Origin: Alphaproteobacteria bacterium
GTDB taxonomy: Bacteria > Pseudomonadota > Alphaproteobacteria > MPNO01 > UBA830
Direction: 5' to 3'
Length of the DNA stretch: 64,000 bases
Assembly (NCBI GenBank): GCA_964291215.2
Contig: OZ219791.1
Location: 1,792,001-1,856,000 of the forward strand
The notes beneath the pieces were generated by a model. It was given only the letters and a program-made list of their open reading frames with translations, was not told the DNA's origin and ran no database searches. Positions 47,227 to 58,565 of the stretch are shown here, one piece after another (position 1 is the first letter of the stretch; the number at the start of each line of letters is the position of its first letter). A program made the translations under genes and the position numbers.

Positions 47227-48436
47227 CCCCCGTTCCATAGTGAAGTGCAACACATGATGGGCTGTGGCCATGTGTTTTTAGACGCATGATGTTGCGGAGC
47301 TGTCCAGCAGCGGCGAGAGTTCCTGTACAAGATGGAGGGAGCTTGTTCATGTCCAAAGGCTACCGTCACCTACGAAGAGCGATGCCAGATTGAGGCAGAA
47401 AAGCGGTCTTTCACAAGGTGCGATTGCTCGGCAGCTGGGCCGATCAACAATTTTCCGGGAGATCAAGCGCAACACCGGGGGACGGGGTTACCGTCACAAG
47501 CAGGCGCAAAGGATGGCAGAAACGCAGGGCAGCCTCGTCTGTTTCCTGGCGGTTGATGCCTCGGGTTGAGGCTCAGAAAAAGCTGCGGGAGGGCCCCGAG
47601 CAGATCAGCGGCCGTTTTCGACTGGAAGGCCGTGGGTCGGCAACGGATCTATGATCGCATTCATGAAAATCGGAGAGCTGGGGGCGCCTTGTGGAAGAAG
47701 CTTCGGCGGCGCGGCAAGAAGCCGAACTGGAAGGGCGGATGCCATTCCGGCCGGGTCCTGTGGACATTTCCGAGCGCCCTGCGGAGGCAAAGGAACGGAT
47801 CGGCGACTGGGAGCCATCATCGGCAAAGCTCACAGTGGAGCTGTCGTGTCGCTCGTGCCACGAAATACACCTTGCTGGGTGGACAGAAAGACACGGTCGG
47901 TATGATCCGCCTGCTCGGCTCTGGTGCGCTATTGGTCCACACAATCACAACGGCAAGGAGTTCGCAGACCACAGGCGTGTCGCACTTGACGCAGATTTCT
48001 TTTTCGCCTTTCCATTCTTGGGAGCGCGGCTTGAATGAGCACACCAACGGCCTGGTGCGGGAGTACTTCCCGAAGGGCACGGACTTTCGCGCGACATGCA
48101 ACGAAGATGTTCGGAAGTTACAGGATCGGCTCAACACTCGGAAAGTCTTGGGATCGCCGACGGAGGTAATCTTGAAGTGAAACCGCCCTGACCATCTGCG
48201 CCATGTTCCAAAGCCGCAACGTGCAGCAGGGTCCATGCCGCGCGACGGGGAAATAGTGGCTTGAAGCCGACAAAGGCGTTGCATAAGCTCGATGTTGAAG
48301 GAACTGAAGCTGTTCCCAAGCGGAATCGAGAGGGGCAGAGGGGAAAAATTTGCGCAACACCCGGCCCTCATCGCAGTGAGGGCGTAGCCCGAACGGAGAT
48401 GAGGGCCGGGTGTTGCACTTCAGACTGGAAGTGGGG
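47227..48436 (+). mobile_element. IS30-family element, full length but degenerate
   Basis: 27-bp IRs CCCCCGTTCCATAGTGAAGTGCAACAC / GTGTTGCACTTCAGACTGGAAGTGGGG; TYEERCQI, SWERGLNEHTNG. Confidence 0.9.
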
Positions 48437-49060
48437 AATCTATTTTGGCGAGAATCCTTAGTCGACCTCATCCGCCAGTCAGGAGGACTCCGCGTCCTTT
48501 CCCGTTTCCCGGTTATAGACGCGGTCCTTGACATTCAAGGGTCGCTTCATCCTGCCTGTCCTCCTCACCTTCCGGTCTTTCACTGCTGATCTGTCCCGGA
48601 TTGCCGCCGTCTGTACCCCGGGGAACCCGATGCGTGTTCCTCAGTTCTTCCGCATCGACACTGGCCATCGGGTAGCAACCTTGGCGTTCACCGTCTATCC
48701 CACAAATCAGCTTCGTGTGGGTGGGGAATTTCGGGGCTTCCCGTTCGCTTTCGCCCTCCGGTTTGCTCGCCGCCCTGGCTGACCGAACCGGCTGGACACT
48801 GAGTTCCAGCCAGCCCACGACGGCTTCCTACGTCCCAGCTCGCTGGTCCAGGGTCGCCCCTGAACCAATGCTACGGCGCCAAACTGAGAATTGCGGGACT
48901 TTCACCCGCAAGATCAGCAGCTAGACTCGCTGCACGCTTGCCGCTCCCCAACGCTTCGCCTGACGCCTCACGACGCATGGTTCACGGAGGAAGTGGTGGT
49001 TAGCCTCTCTTCCTGCCGGGACTTGCACCCGACCACATTCCACCAGTTTGCCTGGCGCAC
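48437..49060 (-). ncRNA. Group II intron 5' fragment (domain I region), no RT ORF or domain V seen
   Basis: Begins GTGCGCCAGGCA...GGGTGCAAGTCCC exactly where IS66-B homology stops (49061); non-coding, stem-rich; truncated by IS30. Confidence 0.7.
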
Positions 49061-49300
49061 CCGACGTCAGCTTCACCAACAATGCCGGAGAACAGAAAAT
49101 CAGGATGGCAAAGGTCAAGGTGTCCGGATGCTTCCGCTCCACGCAAAAGCATGGTGCCGGGGCTCAAGCTACCTCACCTCCATGGCCGCACTCGGCTACA
49201 ACCCACTCGTCGCCACCCAGATCGCCCTCGACGGAAAAGCCGCAGACATCATCAACGAGCACTACGACCAATCAGAACCCAACTAGGGGTGAGTAGATAC
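49061..49300 (+). mobile_element. IS66 type B right-end fragment
   Basis: Near-identical to 33050-33287 including terminal GGGGTGAGTAGATAC. Confidence 0.9.
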
Positions 49301-49367
49301 CCTCCATGAAGGTTTTACAACTCCATGGGATAGCACGATGGCGCCGCGTTTCACTGGGGGGCTAGCC

Positions 49368-50275
49368 CTGCCGTGTAGACATAAATCTACCAAGCAATGG
49401 TTTTGGCGATGCCCGCCGCGCCTACCATGTTGGCGGGATTTTGGGCGCGGTCTGGCTGTTGTCGCCGGCTTGAGCGGCGAGCGCGGGTGCAGCGGCTCGG
49501 GTAGCAAAAGACCCACTGGACAACTCCGGCGCGAAGAGTCGCGGCATGGCACAGTCACAGATCCAGTCCACGCGCGGCGGAGCCCCGGGTTGCCGCGATT
49601 CTGGCGCGGGAGCGGTTTGGCAGCCGCCACGCGTTCGGCCGCCGTCTGTGCGAGGATTCAGGGACCGGCGGGGCCGTTTGCCGGTTGCCTGAAGGCTCTG
49701 GAGGCGCGCTCGGGAGCAATTGTCCTTCCACCGCCGCGGGCGGTGCGCCCGTCGCTTCTGGAGACGCCGATAGCGCCTGCGGAGGGAGTTCTGGACCGGC
49801 TTTCGGAGGTTTGAGATTGCGGCACGCGCGCCGGGTGTGGAACACGCTGATGGCATCCGCGTGACGATGTTTGCCGGCTGCGCTATCTCGTTGGCTCCGA
49901 GCATGGTCTTTTGGGCGCCGCGGGGTTTTCTGCCGCTGTCGGCGCGCGACCGGGGGTGGGACGAAGCGCAGCGGCGGGACAATCTTGACCGGGTTCTGAG
50001 CCGTTTCCTGATCCGGCCGGGTGTTGCCAACCTTGCCAGCCATGTGCTGGGGCGTGTTCTGCGGCGTCTGCCGGGGGACTTCGAGGCGCGTTACGGTTTT
50101 CAGCCGTGACTTGTCGAGACGTTTCTTGAGGATCAGGGAGCGTGCCTGCGCGCGGCGAACTTTGTGCGCATTGGCGCGACGGCGGGGCGCGGCCGTCAGG
50201 ATCGCGAGAACCGCGGCCGGTGAATTCATGTACGCGCTGTGCCAGCGGCGGCGTCTGGGGGTTACAGCCCGGTGG
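49368..50275 (+). mobile_element. DUF4338-containing (IS4-like) transposase 5' remnant
   Basis: ARDR.GWDEAQRRDNLDRV.SRFLIRPGV.NLASHVLG...RRLPGDFEARYG; begins inside a copy of the IS256 leader palindrome (49301-49368). Confidence 0.6.
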
Positions 50276-50415
50276 CAATGACGAGAGCGGGTATGCGCAT
50301 GGGAACCCCTGTCCGTGAAAGGGAACCTCCGGCCGCCCGGAGGGCGCCGGAGGAAAGAAGGCCCCGGCCGCGCGAAGCGGCCGGGGCCCGGGAACGCGGA
50401 TGTTCCGGGAGCAGG

Positions 50416-52155
50416 CTACTCTGCCGGCGCCTGTATCCTCGTCGAGAATGCGCCGGCAGCGCTCCCGTTCGGGAAATGGGTGTTGAAGGCGCCCATGTAG
50501 CCGGCCGGGCGCCCCACGCCGTCCTGGCTGAAGGGGTTACCCTGCCAACTGCCGGGCTTGTCGAAGGCGGTGCTGCCGCTGGAACCCGTGGCCAAGCCCT
50601 CGGCATCGAAGCTGACATGCTTTGTCTGCGCGAGCTTGACGCTCCACTTCTCGTCGACGGCATTCCCCTTGAAGTTGTCGATCTTTCCTTCTATTTTGGG
50701 ATCATTCCCGAACTTGGCGTTGAGCGTCACATCCGCCGTGAACCGTGCGGTCTTCTGCCCCGTGTGCTCGCCGGCGGTGTAGAGCTTCAGCGCCGACAGG
50801 CCAAAGGCTTCGCCCTTGTAGGTGGCAGTGTTCGGGAGAGTGGTGCTCTTGCCGTAGTCTCCGCGATAGCGGGCAGGGCTGTTTGCCATGACACTGATCC
50901 CGGTGGTTTCGCCGGTTCCATACAGCCAGTACCCGTAGCGGACATAGGCATTCCACGTCGTGTAGTGGGAGTTCCTCGGCGTAATCCAGTAGTAGCGATA
51001 CGAGCCCGCGTAGCCATCGTCGAATTCGTCGGCCGCCTTGAAGAACAGCTTGCCGGTCAGCTTGCCGCCCGGGGCATTGCATGTGCCCTGGCAATACAGC
51101 GTCCCCTTGACCCCCTTGTAATACTGGTCCCCGGAGATGTCGGTGGGATACGCCGTCAGGCCCGTTCCGCTCGAGTTGGTGAGTGCGGACAGGGGCATCC
51201 CGGCAAGGGGCAGGACATCGACATCCATGTTGTCGGTGCCGAAGGCCTTCTTCACGAGCATCCCATCCTTGGCGGCAATCTGCTCCCAGGTCATGACGCC
51301 GGCCGGGAGTTCGCCATCGTCATACTTGTGATAGAACATGGATCTCAGATCGGCGGTAGTCCCCCCGGTGGGGGTGGTGGCGATGACCTTCCTCGGCGGC
51401 ATAGGGGCCCCGGAGAGGGTGTCTGTCGGCCTCCGATTGTACAGATTCATGCCGCCTTTGCCATCGTAACCGCCGGTGCGGGTCGAGCCGGAGCGAGCTG
51501 TGTCCCTAGGCGACAAGCTATTAAGCATCCGCCTCGCGGGCCTTGACGACGTAGCGTTGTCGAAGCCAGCGGTAGCGAGGGTTTCGCCAGCGCGGTCCTT
51601 GAGCTCCGCCTCGGTATCCATCCTTGAGAAATAGTCTCCGATCGTGCCGGCCCCGGTCAGGGTCTTCTCGATGGCCTTGATCTCCGCTTTCACTGTTTCG
51701 ATCTGACCCGTGACCACCTTCTTCTGCGCCGCAAGGCCGGTCGTGCCGGCCGGCAGGGCGTTCAGGTCCGTCAGCGCCTTCTCGGCCGCCGTCAGCGCCG
51801 TCTTGGCGTCCGCCAGCGCCTTGTCGGCCGCCGCCTTCGCGGCCGCCACGAGCGCGGCGTTGGTCCGGACCACCGAGCTGTCGCCGCCTGTATAGTAGAG
51901 TTGCCGAGCGAATTGGGGCGGCTCGACCGCCTTCTTGACCGCGGCCAGCTGATCTTCCGCTGTCTTCCTGGCCGTCATCGCCGCCGTCTCGGCTGCCGCG
52001 GCGGCGTCGTAGGCCGCCTGCGCCTTCTGGGCGTCCGTCATCTCCATCTGCTGGTTGCCCATCGCGACCGGCTTCTTCGACCCGCCACCGCAGCCCGCGA
52101 GCGCCAGACCCGCAGCGGCCAGCGCCGCCAAGGTCACATATTTCATAATTCCCAT
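50416..52155 (-). CDS. Surface lipoprotein with C-terminal TbpB-like beta-barrel
   Basis: GGAGGAG SD; lipobox LAGC then GGGS; Ala/Lys coiled coil; ATYKG.A.G, FTADVTLNAKF, IEGKIDNF, G.F...F.NGSAAGAF; intact. Confidence 0.75.
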   Translation of the reverse strand: MGIMKYVTLAALAAAGLALAGCGGGSKKPVAMGNQQMEMTDAQKAQAAYDAAAAAETAAMTARKTAEDQLAAVKKAVEPPQFARQLYYTGGDSSVVRTNAALVAAAKAAADKALADAKTALTAAEKALTDLNALPAGTTGLAAQKKVVTGQIETVKAEIKAIEKTLTGAGTIGDYFSRMDTEAELKDRAGETLATAGFDNATSSRPARRMLNSLSPRDTARSGSTRTGGYDGKGGMNLYNRRPTDTLSGAPMPPRKVIATTPTGGTTADLRSMFYHKYDDGELPAGVMTWEQIAAKDGMLVKKAFGTDNMDVDVLPLAGMPLSALTNSSGTGLTAYPTDISGDQYYKGVKGTLYCQGTCNAPGGKLTGKLFFKAADEFDDGYAGSYRYYWITPRNSHYTTWNAYVRYGYWLYGTGETTGISVMANSPARYRGDYGKSTTLPNTATYKGEAFGLSALKLYTAGEHTGQKTARFTADVTLNAKFGNDPKIEGKIDNFKGNAVDEKWSVKLAQTKHVSFDAEGLATGSSGSTAFDKPGSWQGNPFSQDGVGRPAGYMGAFNTHFPNGSAAGAFSTRIQAPAE

Positions 52156-52206
52156 CGAACTTTTCTCCTCCCCCGTTCCATAGTGAAGTGGGGCCTTAGG
52201 TTGTGG

Positions 52207-52354
52207 ACGATTACGCAACCTGATGTCTGGAAATTGTCGTGAATCTCTCAGTCATCGAGCTGTTCATTTGATGTATGCCTTGGTTTCGGTTTCCCACCCC
52301 CGTTCCATAGTGAAGTGCAACACATGATGGGCTGTGACCATGTGTTTTTAGACG
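52207..52354. mobile_element. IS256 right-end fragment (52207-52296) abutting IS30 left-end fragment (52297-52354)
   Basis: Matches reverse complement of ~31720-31803 and the first ~58 nt of 47227. Confidence 0.8.
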
Positions 52355-52559
52355 ATGGATGAGGAGGGCGGGTGTCAGAACCCGCCGGGGGGGGGGGCTT
52401 GCCATGGAGTGGCTTCCGACGCAGCGCGGGCGTGAACCATCCCGCTCCATAGGCTTGAATGCCAGGGAACGAATGCTCGCCGAGGGCCGTGCGACCCCGG
52501 TTGTCTGAGGTGTAAAGAGCTTCGGTCCTGAAGCAACGGCACCCGACGGCGTGGCGTGA

Positions 52560-52830
52560 GCCGCCGTGTTCCCGTCGAAGCAGGTCAGGGAAGTGGTGCG
52601 CCTGCGTGGCCGGCTCCCTGACCGAGAGGTTTGCGCTCAGGCGACGGGATATCTTCCCAAGGTCATCCGCCGATACAGTCCAGCGTCCGAATCGGGGGGG
52701 GGGGGGGGGGGGGGTACGAAGGTCGCGCGCGCGTGAGGCACTCACGTTGTAGCCGAACGACCACGGCAGTCTGCGCATCACAACATCCCCTGATGTCTCG
52801 GTCATGCCTTCAACCTCCCGTACAACAGGT
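52560..52830 (-). pseudogene. Arm-DNA-binding N-terminus of a tyrosine integrase, remnant
   Basis: LP..FGYNVSAS and, in another frame, RRMTLGRYP. Confidence 0.4.
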
Positions 52831-52937
52831 TTGCGGCCACATGCGCCGACCACAATCCTGCCATATCGCATGTACGTATAGCTCGCACAGCAGCCGAGTG
52901 CAACCCCGTCATGTGGGAACGTACTACGATCCCACGC

Positions 52938-53484
52938 TAGTAGTACACCGGCATTGTATTGATGGTTTTTGTGGGTAGTATTTTCGTGTCGGCGTTCGTT
53001 GGAATCCGGACAGTGCCGATACGGGCAAGATGCCGAACAGGCAGGCAGCCGCAGCGCCATGCGCAGGTCCGGACAACGGGCATGCCCGCAGGTCTTTGGG
53101 GCAATGACAGGAGCGGCGCATATGGCCAACTCTCAGGGCAGGAAACTCTACCGGGTGACCCTTTCGGCGCAGGAGCGCCGGGATCTGAAGGCGATGGCAC
53201 CGGGGCTGCCTGGCGCCGGGCACAGGTCCTGATGCTGAGGGGGCGCTTGTCGATGCCGACATTGCGCTGGGCATCGGCACGGCGACGGTTGAGCGCTTGC
53301 GCAAGCGCTGCGGGGGCTGGACGCCGCCCGCAAGGAGCAGGTGAACCGCCGGCCGAAACGGGGGCGATGGAGGCGAAGCTGGTCTCGTCCCCGCCCGAGG
53401 GCTGTGGACGCTGCTTGCCGGCCGTCTGGTGGAGATCGTCGAGCGCATTTCGGAAGAAACGGTCAGGAAGACGCTAAAAAAAGA
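52938..53484 (+). mobile_element. IS630-family copy 3, 3'-truncated by IS30
   Basis: Left end CTAGTAGTACACCGGCATTG; homologous to 8040-8620. Confidence 0.9.
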
Positions 53485-53486
53485 GG

Positions 53487-54657
53487 CCCCCGTTCCATAG
53501 TGAAGTGCAACACATGATGGGCTGTGGCCATGTGTTTTTAGACGCATGATGTTGCGGAGCTGTCCAGCAGCGGCGAGAGTTCCTGTACAAGATGGAGGGA
53601 GCTTGTTCATGTCCAAAGGCTACCGTCACCTACGAAGAGCGATGCCAGATTGAGGCAGAAAAGCGGTCTTTCACAAGGTGCGATTGCTCGGCAGCTGGGC
53701 CGATCAACAATTTTCCGGGAGATCAAGCGCAACACCGGGGGACGGGGTTACCGTCACAAGCAGGCGCAAAGGATGGCAGAAACGCAGGGCAGCCTCGTCT
53801 GTTTCCTGGCGGTTGACGCCTCGGGTTGAAGCTCAGAAAAAGCTGCGGGAGGGCCCCGAGCAGCGGCTGTTTTCGACTGGAAGGCCGTGAACGGATCCAT
53901 GATCGCCGAAGATCGGAGAGCTGGGGGCGTCTTGAAGCTTCGGCGGCGCGGCAAGAAGCCGAACTGGAAGGGCGGATGCCATTCCGGCCGGGTGGACATT
54001 TCCGAGCGCCCTGCGGAGGCAAGGGAACGGATCGGCGACTGGGAGCCATCATCGGCAAAGCTCACAGTGGAGCTGTCGTGTCGCTCGTGCCACGAAATAC
54101 ACCTTGCTGGGTGAACAGAAAGACACGGTTGGTATGATCCGCCTGCTCGGCTCTGGTGCGCTATTGGTCCACACAATCACAACGGCAAGGAGTTCGCAGA
54201 CCACAGGCGTGTCGCACTTGACGCAGATTTCTTCTTCGCCTTTCCATTCCTGGGAGCGCGGCTTGAATGAGCACACCAACGGCCTGGTGCGGGAGTACTT
54301 CCCGAAGGGCACGGACTTTCGCGCGACATGCAACGAAGATGTTCAGAAGGTGCAGCTCAACATTCGGAAAGTCCTGGGATCGCCGACGGAGGTAATCTTG
54401 AAGTGAAACCGCCCTGACCATCTGCGTTCCGCAGCCGCAACGTGCAGCAGGGTCCATGCCGCGCGACGGCGGAATAGTGGCTTGAAGCCGACAAAGGTGT
54501 TGCATAAGCTCGATGTTGAAGGGACTGAAGCTGTTCCCAGGCGGAATCGAGAGGGGCAGAGGGGAAAAATTTGCGCAACACCCGGCCCTCATCTCCGTTC
54601 GGGCTACGCCCTCACTGCGATGAGGGCCGGGTGTTGCACTTCAGACTGGAAGTGGGG
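53487..54657 (+). mobile_element. IS30-family element, degenerate, direct repeat of 47227-48436
   Basis: Same IRs and near-identical sequence. Confidence 0.9.
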
Positions 54658-57010
54658 TCTTATTTCAACATGGCGCTACATCCTGTTGAATTCTGTCAGC
54701 TTGTGAGGCGGCTCCTCGTGCGGCGGGTTCGACACCAGCTGCCGAGGAGATTTCGGCAACCTCGGCGGCGCGTGTCCTGTCGGTTGACGATCAATGCGCG
54801 CAGGCGCGTGGTGACCCTGGTTCCGCATGCTCTCGCGGATTGATGTCCGGCACTTGTCGATGCCCCGCGCGGGGATCAGATGCACCGCGGCGAGCACGGC
54901 GATCAACAGGTGGGCGGCGATGCGCTGGCCGGGCGCAATCCGGGCTCGGATTTCAATGAACGGAAGGTGGCCTCGATATCCGTGTCCCGAGGATGGTCTC
55001 GATATCCTGGTCGCTGGTGCGCAGGCGCCCGCGTTGTCTTGTCGTCTGTGGCTGAAGGCAGTTGCGTTGGCGCCGGCCTTCTCGACAGTGATCTCGTAGT
55101 GCCGGGCGACGGTGGAGAAGCGCTGCTCGAGACCGCTCTCCGGCACCTCGTCGTGGCGCCAGCCCTTGGCCGAGAGGTGAGGCTTTGCCGCCTCGAAGCC
55201 CTGCGGCCAGGAATGGCGTCCTCGGCCCTCTTCCTGCTCTCGCTGACCACGCCGCGCCATCCTCGCTGGCAAGGCGCCTGCACCTCGTGGTTGGTGATCA
55301 GCCTCGGGCCCACCCTCGGGCGGCGCCGCCCGCGATCCAGCCGTGCTCGCCACGCGATGTTCGCCTCGGTGCCGGCGTCCATGACTACCGTCGGCTTTGC
55401 CGCCGGGCCCGCCTGCAGCCTCAACAGCGCATCCTCCAGCGTACCGGGTTCGCTCACGTTGCCCGGCAAGACCTCGCAACTGCGCCGAAAGCCCGCGCCG
55501 CGCAAGCGTGGGGCAATCATTGCGCTTCGAGCGCCCGAAGCGGGGGAGATTGCCGTCGGCGCGGCCGTGAACATTGGTGAGATCGTAAAAGGCGATGGTG
55601 TCGGGGATGCAGCGCGCGCTCGCGGTTGAACAGCTCCTTCCAGATGGCGGCCCGGTGGCACAGGTCGCCGATGCGGTACAGCGTCTTGCGCGCCTTGCCC
55701 TCCAGATCCGGAAGCTCCGCGGTCGCGCTGTCATCGCGCAGCCGGCGCTTGCTGGCAGATCATCCTGGCGACGATCAGCGCACTCGTGATGCCGAGGTCG
55801 TGAAGCCGAGATCGCGCCTCGAGGCACAGGCCAGCCGACCGAGCGCGGGTTCTCGAGGCTGTCGAGGTTGACGGTCGCAATTTGCGTGCGTCTTCCTCCA
55901 GAGCGTCGGCGCGGAACCTCCGGGCCCTTGTTGACGATGTTCTCGGCTGCGGCCTGCACGCGGCTTCGAACAGCGGCGGGCGGCCAGCGCTTCGGCGGCA
56001 ACCTCCTTCCAGTTCTTGCGCGCCACCGGATAGTTGGTGCCGAGGCAGCGTGCGCTGCCTGACCTTGTCGGCCGATGCGTTGAGAAAGCACGGGCCGGTG
56101 GACAGGTTTGCCGTCTGCGGTGCTGAGGGTTTTTGGTTGCCCTGATGAACATGTTGTCTGGAGCCTTTTGTGTTGACGAGGCTCCGGATATACCGGGTTT
56201 GGCAGCGGGGTCGAGCGAATCGGCAATATCCTGGTACCACAGCGGCCATCCCGGATAGAAAATCACAGATATAGTAGGCAAGGTCACAAAATGCCAACAT
56301 ACGGTATATCGAGCGGGGCTGCCGCATAAATTTCTCTCTCAACTGACGCAAAAAGTGCCAACTTGGGGATAGATCCTGTGATAGGCGCGGAATGCGCTCA
56401 GCGACCGCAGCACCGCGTCCCACTGGTAGTAGTCGACCGCTCCGCCGACCCTGTCGTACATCGGCAGCAGGACATGGTACTTGGAATCGAGGAGCCGGGC
56501 CGTGTTGTCCGCGCGTTCGATGTCGAAACCGGCTTGCATGAACCGCATCGCCTCGTCCTGGAGCATCGTTCCGGCGGCCACGCCTCGAAACAGGTGCGAA
56601 CGCTACTTGATCCAGTCGAAGAACCGGCGGCGGTTGTTCGGCAGCAGCACGGTCTCGTCGCCAGCCTGCAGCTCGAACCAGGTGGCGTTGATGATCTCGA
56701 ACATCTTCGTGGTTATCGAACCCCGCAGCGCGCGCGTTTTCGCGCATCGCATTGAAGCTCGAGACGATACTCATCGGGCTGCCGGTGTCGAACGTCAGCT
56801 AGTGCAGAACCGCTCGGCCGGCATCGCCGGCGTCGGAAGCGATCTCGTTCGTGCCCGCGACCTCGAGCGCCGACCCCCAGGCCAGTTCCTGCGCCGCGGC
56901 CGGCTGCGGAATCAGGGCCATGCGGTCCGCCATGTCGAGAATGCGCGTCATGTTCTCCGCGCGCTCCGAATAGCGCGCCATCCAGTAGAGCTGGTCCGCG
57001 ACCCGACTCA

Positions 57011-58449
57011 GCATGGCGCCGTCGCACCGCGGCCGTCCTGGAGCACCTAGGTGTCCTTGCTGCCGCCACCTTGCGAGGAGTTCACGACTAGGGATCCCTC
57101 CCTGAGTGCGACGCGGGTCAGCCCTCCGGCCACGACGCATATCTCCTCGCCATAGAGCACGAAGGGCCTGAGGTCGACGTGACGCGGCGCGATTCCCGAA
57201 TTGGCGAAGGTCGGACAGGTCGAGAGGGCAAGGGTCGGCTGGGCGATGAAATTCGCCGGATCGGCGAGGATGCGCGCACGGTACCTGTCGCGATCTTCCC
57301 GCGTGCTCGCCGGGCCGACAAGCATGCCGTAGCCGCCCGAACCTTGGACCTCCTTGACCACGAGCTCGTCGAGATGGCCCAGCGCGTAGGCACGGTCTTC
57401 GCGCCGTCGCAGCATGTATGTAGGCACGTTCTCGAGCAGCGGCGCCTCGTCAAGATAGAAGCGGATGATCTCGGGCACGTACAGGTAGATCGACTTGTCG
57501 TCGGCGACCCCGTTGCCCAGCGCGTTGGCGAGCGTGACGCTGCCCGAACGGTACGCTGACAGGAGGCCGGGCACCCCCAGAATCGAATCGGCGCGGGACG
57601 CCAGCGGATCGAGGAAGTCGTCATCTGTCCTGCGGTAGATCACGTCGACCCGCTGCGGCCCCTCGGTGGTGTGCATGTGCACGCCCCCGTCGGCGACGAA
57701 CAGGTCGGACGCCTCGACAAGCTCGATGCCCATCGTGTCAGCGAGGTAGGCATGCTCGAAATACGCGCCGTTATACGAGCCGGGCGTCAGCAGCACGACC
57801 GTCGGGTCCCCGGTTGCGGACGGCGCTACATGGCGAGGGCTGCGCAGCAACTCGTCGGGATAATGGTCGACGGGGGCGATCGCGTGTTCGGCGAACAGGT
57901 CTGGAAAGAGGCGCATCATCACGGCGCGGTTCTCGAGCATGTAGGACACGCCTGACGGCGTTCTCAGGTCGTCCTCGAGCACGTAGAACTCATCCGTGCC
58001 GACGCGCACGATGTCGATGCCGGCAATGTGGATGTAGATTCCGCCGGGCACGTCGAAACGGTGCATCCGGATCTGGTAGCAGGGGTTGTTGAACATGAGA
58101 TCGGCCGGTATGCGGCCCGTGTGCACGATCTCGGCATCGTGATAGAGGTCGTGCAGGAAAATGTTGAGCGTGCGCACGCGCTGGACCAGGCCGCGCGCCA
58201 GCGGGTCCCATTCCGCCGCCGTGAAGACGCGCGGGATGACGTCGAAGGGGATCGGCGTTCGCTGGCGTCCTCCTGGCCATGGGCGAGAAAGTTGATGCCG
58301 AGGCGGCGGAAGAGGATCTCCGCCTCGAACGAGCGGCGCACGAGCTGGCCCTCGGGCAGGCTGCGAAGGCACGCCGCGACGCTGGCATAGGCGTCCCGGG
58401 TGCGCCCGTCGCCGGATGTCATCCCGTCAAAGGCGGGAACGGCGGGCAT
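57011..58449 (-). pseudogene. Circularly permuted type-2 ATP-grasp protein, frameshift near 58260 and TAG in KDTW
   Basis: PFDVIPR, VLED.LRTPSGVSY, VDVIYRR.DD, GSGGYGM, PRHVDLRPF, VVNSSQGGGSKDT*VL. Confidence 0.85.
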
Positions 58450-58565
58450 TGGTCACAGGAGGTCTGAACATCCCGGAAAACGCGGCCGTCCGGGCCGCCA
58501 GCTTCGCGCGGGCGGCATACGCCATATCCGCTGGCGGCAGAAACCCGCCATGCACCGCGGCGTGC

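Larger units (their letters stand above)
47169..56367 (-). mobile_element. IS1634-family element copy 2, split by the IS30 composite unit
   Basis: Ends CCCAAGTCGGGACTTTTTGCG (47169) and CGCAAAAAGTGCCAACTTGGG (56367); 4-bp TSD GATA; body at 54658-56367. Confidence 0.85.
46875..57014 (-). pseudogene. Alpha-E domain (DUF403) protein split by IS1634 (parts 56368-57014 and ~46875-47168)
   Basis: MLSRVADQLYWMARY.ERAEN, IERADNTARLLD; ...HRIY|RDRVTAF joins in frame across the insertion; GATA duplicated. Confidence 0.85.

Noticed and set aside
48437-52155. Diversity-generating retroelement targeting the lipoprotein
   Set aside because: No reverse transcriptase ORF and no template/variable repeat pair visible
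52387-52714. G homopolymers (11 G at 52387-52397, 21 G at 52694-52714) as phase-variation or G-quadruplex elements
   Set aside because: They lie in an integrase remnant, not an intact gene; more likely sequencing or polishing artefacts, and a warning about local assembly quality
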